A stretch of 63,996 bases of DNA, filler included. It is 12 parts of 12 records of this genome, joined end to end, with 100 filler letters (N's around TTAATTAATTAA, not from the genome) between each part and the next. Parts side by side here need not be neighbours in the genome. Positions count along the whole stretch, not along the records: positions 43,661 to 49,286 come from SRR15195285_3310; positions 49,387 to 55,591 come from SRR15195285_3311; positions 55,692 to 60,894 come from SRR15195285_3312; 9 more parts are not named here. One strand, written 5' to 3'. The translations under genes and the position numbers were made by a program. Positions 45,034-55,902 of this stretch are shown here, piece after piece (position 1 is the first letter of the stretch; each line of letters opens with the position of its first letter). The notes under the pieces are model-generated. The model had not been told where the DNA came from. It ran no database searches and worked only from the letters and a program-made list of their open reading frames with translations.

Positions 45034-45396
45034 CCACAGTCGGCAGGCGTCGCAATTGCGAGCCGTTGCGCAAATACAGTGGTGCCGAATGTGTCAACAT
45101 GTGCGAAGGCCGCCGCGAGCGAGGAAGTGCTGTGCGTGTTGCGTGCGAATATGATCGCCGACCGTGGCTTCCTGCTGCCCGAGCGACCATTCATTGCTGC
45201 GACGATGGTTGGAGCGAGCTGGAGCAAGCAAGCCTGTGACTTAGATATGTGCATCCAAATGGTTATATGAAATATGACCAGCTCCCTTGCCATGGGTACC
45301 ACAGATAGAGGCACCAGTAGATGACTTTAGCTATCATCGGTCAACAACGATGGAGACGGCACCCAATCAAATTAGTACACAAACATTCGGACCCCA

Positions 45397-48300
45397 CTAC
45401 GCCGACACGGGTTCCGACTCTTCGGGTGTTCCAGGTGGCTCAGCTGCTCGCCCTGTTGCATCCCCACTCACCTCTCCGGCTGACAATTTCCTGCTCTCTA
45501 AATCGACATCGTCGGGCTTGTCACGCAGTCTAACTTCCCCGGGGTCTACGTGCACCTCATCGTCGCCATATAGCTTCACGAAGACATCCTCGAGGGATGA
45601 GTTGTGGACACCCCAGTCCTCAATCTCCAGCTCTACGCGGTGCTCCGTCACAGTGGCAAACACCTCTTGCACTGTTGTCTCTGCTCCAGAAAGTTCGTAT
45701 TTTACAGTCCCACCCAGCCCGCTCTTGACCTCCAAAGACGGGGAGAGACCCCGCAGAAGGGCCTCCGCATCCGAGTGACGCCCCGGTGGCAGATTCATGT
45801 GCACCTCCAGGTAATTTCCGTACGCGCGAACGAGAGAGATCGGCGTGCCCGATGCAACTATTTTGCCGTTCTTGATGATGCCAAGCTCATCACAAAGTTC
45901 TTCGGCCTCCTGCATCGAGTGCGTCGTAAGGACGATCCCACAGGACCCGCGCTTTTTCGCGAGGCGGATTGCTCGCCAAAGCTGCTTGCGGCTGGCGGGA
46001 TCGAGCCCTGTGGACGGTTCGTCCATAAAGACAACGGTCGGCGAGCCTATTAGCGAGATAGCCACGCTCAGCCGACGCTTCATTCCACCAGAGAACTGAC
46101 CACATGGCTTTGACGCCACCTTGTCCAGAGATACCGCCTCCAGCGCCGCCATGCTCACCTCTTGCAGCTCTTCCGCGGCAATTCCCTTGAGCGTCGCGTA
46201 GAAGTAAATGTGCTCGATGGCCGTGAGCGTCTCCCAGAGAAGGTTGTGCTGCGGGCACACGCCCATGACCTTGTAGATCATTGGCATTTCGGTGAGGATT
46301 GAGAATCCACCCACGGTTGCTGCACCATCTGTGGGCTCTTGGAACCCGCACAGCATCATTATTGTGGTTGTTTTTCCCGCGCCGTTCTGACCGAGAAGTC
46401 CATAACATGAGCCACGATGTACGGTCATGTCGATCCCAGATACCGCTGTCTTCGGCGGGCCACCGTCGTGTGCTGGGTAAGTCTTAACCAACCCGGCCGC
46501 GTCGATTACCGCATCTGCATTCTGGCCGCTCAATGCAGCACCACCCTTGTCCGAATTCGCACTCGCTGCCGGCTCACCGCGCGCAGTTGCACTTTTAAGA
46601 CAAAAATCCCAGGGAAGTCGAACGCCAGTACCAGAGTCGAGTACCTTGTCGAGATACAGTGACAGGCCGATGAAGATTGGGCACTCCAGAGCGAGGACCA
46701 AGAGTACCCGTGCCATGCCGTTCTCTTCGTCGCTGAGGTTCTCCCACAGCATCCCAGGCGACTCCTTGTACACGCCCTCAAAGGCGTATTGCGCCAACTC
46801 ATACAGGCCACGGTAGAGAGAAAATGCAGGAATGAGCTCCAGGCAGAAAACGAGACCCTCAGGGACAACAGTCGACTGTACAAAGAAAGGCAGCAAGACA
46901 TTCGCTGTCAGGCCGCTGAGGAAGACCCAGAGATACGAGCCCACCGTGGCGGTCTTCGACGTGGCGAAGCAAGTTGAAACGAGCATAGTGAATGCAATCT
47001 GAGTGTTTCCGTAGATGAAGTAAAAGAGGAACTGCAGCGAAGTCGAGTTCAACTGGAAGAACGCCAGCCCAATCAGGTTTCCTGCAACGTACAACATGAT
47101 CATGAATAGGCAGTAGGTCACCAGATTGTACAGGTAGGTCACCATCCAGTACACCGAGTCTGTCAGGCCCATCAGCTTCATCATCATACGCAGGCGCATC
47201 TCCTTTTCGTACACCACCACGCCCAGTCCGACTGGAAAGAGCAGCTGGATAAGCCACACGTAAAACAGTGGCCCAAGCAACGACGAGAAATCAAGGTTGA
47301 GACTCCGTTCCGGCTGCGGCATCATCCTTAGCGAACGAAGTTTCGCTTCGTACTGCGACCCCATATTTTTTGTGCGCTCTGTAAGGAACGCACCGGTAGC
47401 CATATTCATCGGCGCGTTGATACGCACGAGTACTGGCGGACCGCCACCTCGTCGCGCCTGATTGGTATCATTGAACAGCACATCGACCTCAAATTTAGAG
47501 GCACTTGAACCACGAAAATCAAAGCCGCCGGCGTATTCTCTGATATCATCGTTTGGCGCATCCAACGAGTCCGAAAAGTAGCCCGCTATGAGTGTCGCGT
47601 CGATGCTGTCCGCACTAGCGTGCGTCGCGACCGTCGCGTTTACACACGACAACGGAAGGCCCGGGACCAGTTGCCCTTCGGTTATGAAGCCCTCCATGAG
47701 CCCTGTCAGCTGCGCGAGATTGAAGCTTTCGAACGGGGCTCCTACACCCGCTAACCCGGGGCACGAGGCTGCAGCAAAGATGCAACCATCTGGGCAGGTA
47801 CTCGATGGTGTAAGCGCGTCACCCGGGACGTATCCTGTCGAGCAGTCAGTTACCGTCGCAGTGCAGGTCTCGGTAGATCCATCTCCAGCCAGGGTACAGC
47901 CAGACGGGCAGGATGTCGACGGAACTCCGGCAGTACCTTGTATGTAGCCTGTGCAGGGGTCGACCTCACATGTTTCAGCAGGCGTGCTACTGCTGCTGGT
48001 TCCACACACCTGCACAGCAATCGCGTCGGTAGCCTCTGCGACCAGGGTCGGGCAGTGAGCAGACATGGCCATCATTCCGCCGCCGTTGTTCAAGCTGCCC
48101 TCTTCACCGTGGGAGAGCCGGCGTCGATTGGCACCTCCGTCTTGGCTACCTCCCGGAGCTCCCCCCATGAAGAAGGCGTTGTCGAGGAAGAGCTGGGACG
48201 ACGGGATAGCAGTGGTCGCGAGACTGATTCCCGACACGGCGTCACTTAACTGAGGCATCACCTCCGACTGCCCGTCTGATGACAGAAGGGCAGCGGGGTC

Positions 48301-49190
48301 GATTAAACCGAAACCGCCGCCGCCGCCGCCGCCGCCGAAAGCGCTGCCAAGGAGAGTCGTGATGTCGGTCGACGCTAGAAGTACACTAGCCGCGTGGGCA
48401 ACATCCGCGGGCGGAATCAACGCATCTTTCAGCGCCTCGGAAACCGCCGGAGTAGCACCACCCGTCGCGAGGATTGTGCCGCAGTCCAGAGAGGACTCGC
48501 CGCTGTCTGGGTGGTCTTGGGCGCCATTGCACGTGCGGTACGCGCCCGTGGGCATCAGGAGGAAAGGCGGGAACGGCTCCGGGTGTGCGATCGGGCAGAA
48601 CGGCAGATTCCGCGGCCGGCTGTTGGCGATGTCCGGCCGGCTGTCGACCTTGATCGCGCTGAACTGGGCCGAGTTTTCAAGCTTCCCCTTCGCGCTCCCC
48701 TCGGTCATCACGTTGGCGTTGTTGGACGTGGAGGTGCAGCCATCGGGGCACTGTGCGTTGTCGTCCAGGTCGCACATCACGCCGTTGCTGCTAGTGCACT
48801 CAGCGACCAGCGCTTGCGTGACGGAGAACGAGGCCCAGGTGGCGCCTGTCGCCATGTCTTGGATCTGTTCCGTGTACACGCATTCCTGGCCGTCGTGCGA
48901 CGCCACCAAGCCTGTGCACTCGCCCAGCAGCTCGACGAAATACGCCTCGTCGAGCCCGGCGCAGCTCACGCTCGCGCCGCAGGTGACGTTCACCGCGGTC
49001 TTGTCCTGGCACGACAGCCCTGCAGGGCAGCGCGCCCACCAAACAGCATCAGTCGTCATCGCGCACGAGAAGGACAAGCCCACGAGAACGGCAAGCCCAC
49101 GAGAACTCTAGCGCAGCCGTCAGCTCACTCACCCGCGTTTGCGATGGCGTCGTTGATCAAGGACTGCAGCACGGCGAGCAGCGCCTGCAC
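45397..49190 (-). CDS. ABCA-subfamily half-size transporter with large Cys-rich ectodomain, 5'-truncated
   Basis: VVYEKEMRLRMMMKLMGL..YW; Walker A GQNGAGKT; GVCPQHNLLWETLT; FSGGMKRRLSVA; MDEPSTGLDP; TTHSMQEAE; SLEDVF. Upstream exon ALLAVLQSLINDAIANA at ~49133-49184. Confidence 0.92.
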
Positions 49191-49386
49191 AACCACAGCA
49201 CACCCCGAAACATCAGCTCCAACACCCGTGCAGGCAGGCAGACAGAGACATTGAAGGACAGACAGGCAGGCAGGCAGGCAGGCAGANNNNNNNNNNNNNN
49301 NNNNNNNNNNNNNNNNNNNNNNNNNNNNNNTTAATTAATTAANNNNNNNNNNNNNNNNNNNNNNNNNNNNNNNNNNNNNNNNNNNN

Positions 49387-49416
49387 GTTTGAGTTACCAT
49401 GTCGGGTTGTGAACCG
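49387..49416 (+). repeat. Left arm of a 30-bp perfect inverted repeat at the contig end
   Basis: GTTTGAGTTACCATGTCGGGTTGTGAACCG is the exact reverse complement of 55562-55591. Confidence 0.97.
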
Positions 49417-49439
49417 CGAGTCTCTGCCCGCCATCCCAG

Positions 49440-50620
49440 GGGTTGCGCTGCATGGCGGTCGCCACGGGCACTGTCGCTCGAACTGGGGGCGTGACAAGGC
49501 TCTGGTGGCGGCTCACTCCGCCACCAGTGGCGTGGGAATACTGTCGTCGGAAAACTTGACCGAGTTGATCGTGGTGGCCGGCCACGCGGTTTTTGTCGGC
49601 CACGACTTCGACGACGCCGACGAACCCACAGACACTGCCGACTGGACACTGCTGCCCTATCAAATGCGACAATTGCCAGCCTTCATCGACCATGTGCGCC
49701 AGGGCGTGAAGTTGGCGCAGCAGCGCCCGGGTGCTTTGCTTCTCTTCTCAGGTGGACAGACCCGAGGCACAGCGGGTCCACGCTCCGAGGCGCAGTCGTA
49801 CTGGTGGCTGGCGGATGCCCACGGCTGGTTCGGAGAACCCAACGTGCGTGCCCGAGCGTATACGGAAGAGTTTGCCCGTGACTCTTTTGAAAATCTGCTG
49901 TTCTCTCTCTGCCGTTATCGCGAGCTTGTCGGCGGCTATCCGCAGCGACTGTCTGTAATATCCCTGCCGTTCAAGCGTCAGCGCTTCGAAACACTCCACC
50001 GGGCCGCGCTGCGCTGGCCACCGGAACGCTTCGAGTTCATTGGTATTGATACGGCAGGAGAACACGACGAGGCCGAAACGGCACGGGTGGCAGCAGCTGA
50101 GCTCAAAAACTCCCTAGAACCGTTCCGTGGCGATCCATATGGGTGTAAGCTTGGCGGAGTGCTGTCGCAGAAGCGCGCTTCGCGGGATCCGACGCGCCGG
50201 GTCGTCTCGTGCGTCTAGACTCATTCTGTGTGTGATTGTAAACCTGCTGGTGATGCAAGTTGCTTGGCAGTCTGGTCTGATTGTCCCATTGAAGGCTGCA
50301 GTTGTTGCTGCGAGAGTGGGTACTGACTGTATGCACTGCTCAGGTACCCAATGGGTTGTGGGGAGTTATGTGAACTGTTCAGGTGAGCAATGCCAGCGTC
50401 GTCCTCGTCCCATTGTTTGCCCCTCAAAAAGTTTCGAATCAGGATGCACGGCCTGACATAGGCACGTCTTTGTGACAGGCACTGCGAGGAAGGCATCTTC
50501 GACGGTCTATTGCCTTGGGCAAACGATGATATGGATAGAAGAGAGGAGGCGAGTGGATATGACACTGGAGCTGTACTTTCACAGATTGCAGCCGTTGAGA
50601 TTGACGCCGATGGCACATAG
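49440..50620 (+). CDS. DUF218-related (yeast YOR238W-like) protein, multi-exon, 5' part missing
   Basis: LIVVAGHAVF, LLLFSGGQT, SEAQSY, EEFARDSFENLLFS, FKRQRFETLHRAAL, FRGDPYG. Short downstream exons give YPMGCGELCELFR|HCEEGIFDGLLPW, ending at TAG 50620. Confidence 0.8.
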
Positions 50621-50776
50621 GTATCAATTAGGCGGCCTGCGTACGACATCATTTGTACTACATCGCGTGGTGTATGATTGTCTGCGCACGCCAACTACCT
50701 GGTAGCAGTTTAAAATGCATTCTGGCACCAGAAAATCCCCCATCGGGACCGTCCAATGAATTGCTCGTGCGTCGCG

Positions 50777-52600
50777 TCACAACCTGAGCTGGAAGATTAC
50801 GCCGCCACCTGTACCTGCTCGGCTGCACGTACATAATCCGAGGCCATCGCCGCACAGAGCTTGCACACTGTTTCGGCAGCCGCCACTGAGTTGCCTCTGC
50901 GAGCCAACGCCCGCCACGCCAGCTGCCCGAGCAATCCTGTCCTTGGGCTTCGTTTGGGATCCAATTGCACTCGGCATCACGATCTGGACTTTCAGTGCAC
51001 CCCGACGTTTTGCGTGTTCGAATGCAGCGTCAGCCTCATTAAGATCATACTCCGCTTCGATGTACCTGTGGCCGCGATGGTACTCTACAGATGAAAGATA
51101 ATTATGACACGCAGCTGGGCAAACTGCAAAACGCATCATCAACATAGGACCAAGCCACAGATGGGTAACAAAGAAAGCGTACTTCTGGACATCCAACAAC
51201 CCAGGCTTCGCTAGCATCTCCAACGCCATCGGGTGAGGTCCACAGCGTGACCCTAAGATCCTCAGCTCCTTTACAACAACCGAATTGCTCACGGCTGCCA
51301 GCGCCGCCGCTGCACTGTCGTCAGGCGCGCAGGTTGTTTTGAGGACGACAGTCCCGAGAGGGCGTGCCTGTCGCACAACAACGCAGATTTGAGAACGCGG
51401 TAGGGCAACGGCCTCTCGTACGCGACGAATCAGAAAGATGAGACACGCACAATCTCCGCAGCAAATACGAGACCTCCTACGGAACCACTCGACTCCACCA
51501 CGCAGTCAAAATGTAACCCTGCGGTACAGCCCACGCGGCTTTGTGTTGTACGGCTCGCGAAGTGCAGCAAGCTCGAAACCAAAAAGATCGGTGTTACCAG
51601 CACTATCGCCAGTCAGGGGCTCGCCTTCTCGAGGTGCCAGCCGTGTATCGCAGATCTCAGTTACTAGTGACATTTTGCTTTCGTGCCGTCCGAAGAGAAC
51701 TGGTCGGGTCTCAAGGCTCTGACGACCGAGCACCTGCGTGTAGTTGAAACGTGAACTGCAGTGCCGACGAAGGACAGCGAGACGTGTGATCTGTGAGGCT
51801 ATGAAGGACCAGTACCTCTGCGATGAGCAGTCCCAGCTTTCCATCGCCCACGATTGCCTGAGTGGATGCAATTCAAACTCGATCAGACGCCTGCCCAAGG
51901 ACATCGAGCTTGCAAGCGCACTCACAACGCGATCAGCACAGCTGATCAGTCCCTGCTCAACAATTCGACAAGCCGCTGCAAGCGGCTCGCAGAACACGGC
52001 CGAAGAATCGTTGACCGTGTCCGGCACCGGCAGAAGGTTGACTAGCGGCAGCGTGATGTACTCTGCGTGTGTCCCATCCTTCCCCACAATACCCAGGCAG
52101 GTGCGAGTCGGCGAGTGATTCCGCACTAAGTCTTTTGGTGCAGCTGCAGCAGAAATACCGTACAGTGGCAGCTGCGCGTCGTGCACGATGTTGATCTCGC
52201 CCACTACGCGCTGCCCGATCCACTGCTTGGCGTCGTCGCGTGTCCCTGGTCCGTCAGCACTTTCCACTAGACCGGCACCAACACAACGTGGATCAACGGC
52301 GGCCAGTCGGGTCTTAGTCAACTTCAGAGCGACTTGCGAGACAATGATGCGAGGCGAGACGCTGCTGCGAAACAATGAAAAGTGGCGTCTATAGTTCGTA
52401 CCGGCCTCTACCACGCCGACAAATTCGTGTCCAAGAACTCCCTGGAAGCCGTCCTTGTACCCAAGAATCATCTCGAGGTCTGTGCTGCAGACCCCAGATC
52501 GAAGCACGCGGATCAGGGCCTCTCCTGGCGCTGGGGAGGGTATATCCAGCTGCTCTTGCAGCCCCGGCCCGGCCACAGCGTCCAGGACGTACCCGAGCAT
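50777..52600 (-). CDS. Zinc-dependent medium-chain dehydrogenase/reductase (alcohol dehydrogenase-like), multi-exon
   Basis: GVCSTDL, LGHEFVGVVE, GQRVVGEINI, AEYITLP, EPLAAA, GTVVLKTT, GSRCGP, GALKV. 3' end approximate. Confidence 0.88.
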
Positions 52601-52964
52601 ACCAATGCCTGTTATCTAATACCGCGCTGCGTGCAACAGCTGGCGCTGACTGCGTGCTCCGACAATTCACCCTTGAGGCTGCGATAGCGGCGCCGCGCGC
52701 GGGCCGGTGTACGTAACGCTAGAACGCGTTGCACAAGTTACCCGCCGGATAAAAGTTCTAAACTGACCTGGGGCATCGCGATCATGCCTCGTGCATGCAC
52801 GCATGAACGCATGTTGTGCGCATGCCGATGCCTCCGCGCGGCCGTTGCGTTCCCCCCGCGCGCGCGCGCGCCCGCGCGCCTGCATGGACGGACGCGACGA
52901 CGCGACGGAGGAGCGAGGGCGCGATCTCTGAGCTGGCGATCAGACCGTCATCTGAGCTCCACTG

Positions 52965-54182
52965 ATGGCTACTGTGCGTACTCACAGAGCACACTGATAT
53001 GCGTTGCTGGCGGCGATATGTCACGAACGTTGCGAGTTCGCATCGACCAACGATCGTGGCGCTGAGCTACGGTATGACACCCAGCTACTCAATGTCACAG
53101 CCTGAGCTCTCGTTGTGGTTGTGTGTGTGCACAGGATGCATTGGAGCGTACCGGTCGAATTATAGTTGGTTATTGGGGTATTCGAGGTCTCGGAGCCCCT
53201 GTACGGATGCTGTGCGAATATGCCGGGGCAGACTACGAGGCCAAGCTACATGATAGTGCCTCGTACGTGCTCAGCTGCTCGCGTTGGCAGTGGGGCTGCA
53301 TGGTTGTGTGAGTTTCTCTGAGCCACCAGTTGGTTGCGTTTCGCAGGGGCGAGTGGCAAGCGATGAAGGCAGAACTCGCCCAGTCTAACCCCTTCGTAAA
53401 CTTGCCATACGTCATTGACGGTGACAGTGTGATTGCCCAGAGCAACGCCTGCCTTGTGTACCTGGCGAACCGCTTCGGTCTCCTCGGCTCCAGAGCGGAG
53501 GACAGTGCATCGGTAAAGGTAGCGGTGGAACAATGTCTTTGCCAGTACATGGATCTACGCGACGACTTTGTCTCCATCTGCTATGAGAACGCACGGCCGT
53601 ACTCCCTGTTTTATGACGCGCAGAACAGGCACGCGCCCGTGTGGTCCTGCAACGTGGACGACGAGGCTGGTGACGTCGTCCGATACCTTAGCGTCACCGC
53701 GCCGACGCACTTTGCGAAGTGGGAGGCATGGTTTGCCGCGAGAGATTCACCTTTTCTACTCGGAGACACCCCATCTGCTCCCGATTTCCCGCTCTGTGCG
53801 TCCTGCTTATGCAGTTCCATACCACACGCACTGCATTGATCGTCCCATCAAGTATGGATGCGTTGCTAGGCATGCCACTGACTGCTAGCGATTGGTGTTT
53901 TAGACGAGATGTGCGATCAGCATCGAGCTTTCGCTCGCTCGTTCTCGCAAGATGATCCCCTGACAGCGTTCCCGAAACTGAATGCCTTTGCGGAGAGGTT
54001 CAGAGCGTTACCTCAGCTTGCAAGGTGCGTGCCGCCCAGTGGCACGGCAAGAACTGTCGCTTCTGCCTTGCCTCATCTTGTTTGCTTACATCATGTGCAG
54101 TTACTTTGAGGGACCGTTGTATGCGCTCCCACCGAACAATCGAGGCGCAGTATGGGGTGCAACGCCTGTGGCCAAGAGCTAG
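52965..54182 (+). CDS. Glutathione S-transferase, mu-class-like, multi-exon
   Basis: GYWGIRGLGAPVRMLCEY, NPFVNLPYVIDGD..QSNACLVYL, FLLGDTPSAPDF, FPKLNAFAERFRALP, YFEGPLYALPPNN. Start codon inferred. Confidence 0.9.
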
Positions 54183-54546
54183 AGGTCGGCAACAGTGCCC
54201 GCAGGAGTGGGTACCGGTCGCCAGTCACTAGTGCAGTCGCTTAGATTATACTCGTTCGCTGTTGTAGTTGTAGTTACACACATTCAGTCATTGGTAGATA
54301 CCGACAGCTGACTAGGTAGGCAGTGCCGCTAGCAGACAGTACCTATGGGTGCGCAGCCACAGGTCTATCTGGAGGTGTCGATCGTGCGGGTCGCTGTGGA
54401 CTTGTTCCTCGAACGGGAGACGCGCCTGCGATTCGAAACAAAGATTGCACAAGAGCACATCAGAAACCATAGAGACTCGCACGTTCACAATGAATACGAA
54501 TACAATCGATTGGGCGCTTGGTTGCGTTGCATGTCGTTGCAATACG

Positions 54547-55173
54547 TCAGGGTGATGCATTGGCGCAACGCGTACTTCGGGTGGGAGCAGCTCCGAACGC
54601 GTAGCCGCTCTGGTGCTGGCCGACCACAGTGCCAATCACGGGGACCTGGCGTGTCGATAACGGTGGGTCTCCACCGGTGGCTGCCGCTGCGCGCTTTTCG
54701 TTGCACTTGAAGCAGACGATAGCTAAAACTATCGCTAAGAGGACACCCGCGATGACATCCCCGATATCGTCGAAGTCATCATCGTCGTCGTCGTCCCCGC
54801 GTCGTCCGCCACCACTCGGGTCCTCCGGGAAGCAGTACGGGTGGGTGATACAGTCTGGATCACTGCCGTGCACAGAGACACATTCGCTGCATCAGTAAGA
54901 TCCAGACCTATCCAAGCCAGAACAGACTCAGCGCCGGACACCGATGGACACTCGCACAGACCTGCAGTCAGCTTGGCCGTCGTTGTCGTTATCTACGAGA
55001 TCGTGACACTCCCAGCAGCTCTCCGTGACGTTGTGCCCTGGCTGATGACAATTTGCAGCCTGCAAGATCTCCATAGGGGACGGCGGCGGTGGCCCTCGAC
55101 CTCGTCTCCCGTCCACCGGGTCTGGAAGCTGTAGGAGCGCACCGAGCAGCGCACACAGTCGCAAAACCTGCAT
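54547..55173 (-). CDS. Small type I membrane protein with a Cys/Asp Ca-binding-like motif, 2 exons
   Basis: Signal peptide MQVLRLCALLGALL; CHDLVDNDNDGQADC|SDPDC across an intron; poly-Asp; TM segment VIAGVLLAIVLAIVCF. Confidence 0.65.
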
Positions 55174-55561
55174 TTCTTTAGCTGGTGCCACCAGTCTCGT
55201 CTCTACGACGGCAGGAAGACTGCTAGTCAGCAGGGCTCTCGTGATCCCGGCGCCGCCTCGCTACCCTCCGGAGGCCCACGGTCGGTACCGCGGTACAGGA
55301 ACGTAGTCGTTGAATGGCAAAGAGCCGTACTAGCGGCCGTTTGTGGGCTTACGTGCGCGTTGTCAGGCTGCAGTTTCAGCTTGGCGGGCGAAGTTAGCGA
55401 CCAGCGCACCGACCCAGGTGTGTAGGATCCTACGCGCGATCGTCTACGATTGAGCGCAGGTTTTCGGCTCCGTTCCAAGAAACTCCCAGTTTTACACCAA
55501 AAAACCCGTGCACTGGCGGCCTTGAATTAAATGTAAAATGACTGGAAAATCACACGACTCA

Positions 55562-55591
55562 CGGTTCACAACCCGACATGGTAACTCAAAC
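55562..55591 (-). repeat. Right arm of the 30-bp perfect inverted repeat at the contig end
   Basis: Reverse complement of 49387-49416; the match extends to 35/36 bp inward. Confidence 0.97.
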
Positions 55592-55902
55592 NNNNNNNNN
55601 NNNNNNNNNNNNNNNNNNNNNNNNNNNNNNNNNNNTTAATTAATTAANNNNNNNNNNNNNNNNNNNNNNNNNNNNNNNNNNNNNNNNNNNNCCTGCAACC
55701 TGGGCACTGTGAAATATCGGGAACTGAAGTCGGGAACTGACGCCGGGAGGTATCGTACTTCTTCGCATACGCGTGACAACGCCGTAACCCGTGCCCCACA
55801 CGCAGTGGTACGTCAGAACGCTGCGTACCCTCCTCCACGCGACGGAGAGCCAGTGGTGTCTGAACCCGCCTCGTTGGCTAGCGTCTCGAATCCACGGCGC
55901 GG

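Noticed and set aside
52267-52401. Apparent peptide insertions in the ADH, methyltransferase (22363-22434) and K+ channel N-terminus
   Set aside because: They have GT..AG ends and keep the frame, so they are better explained as stop-free introns read through by the ORF finder.
40367-55709. Shared 14-mer CAACCTGGGCACTG at 40367 and 55696 as a dispersed repeat
   Set aside because: Several 14-mer matches are expected by chance in 64 kb, and the flanks do not align convincingly.
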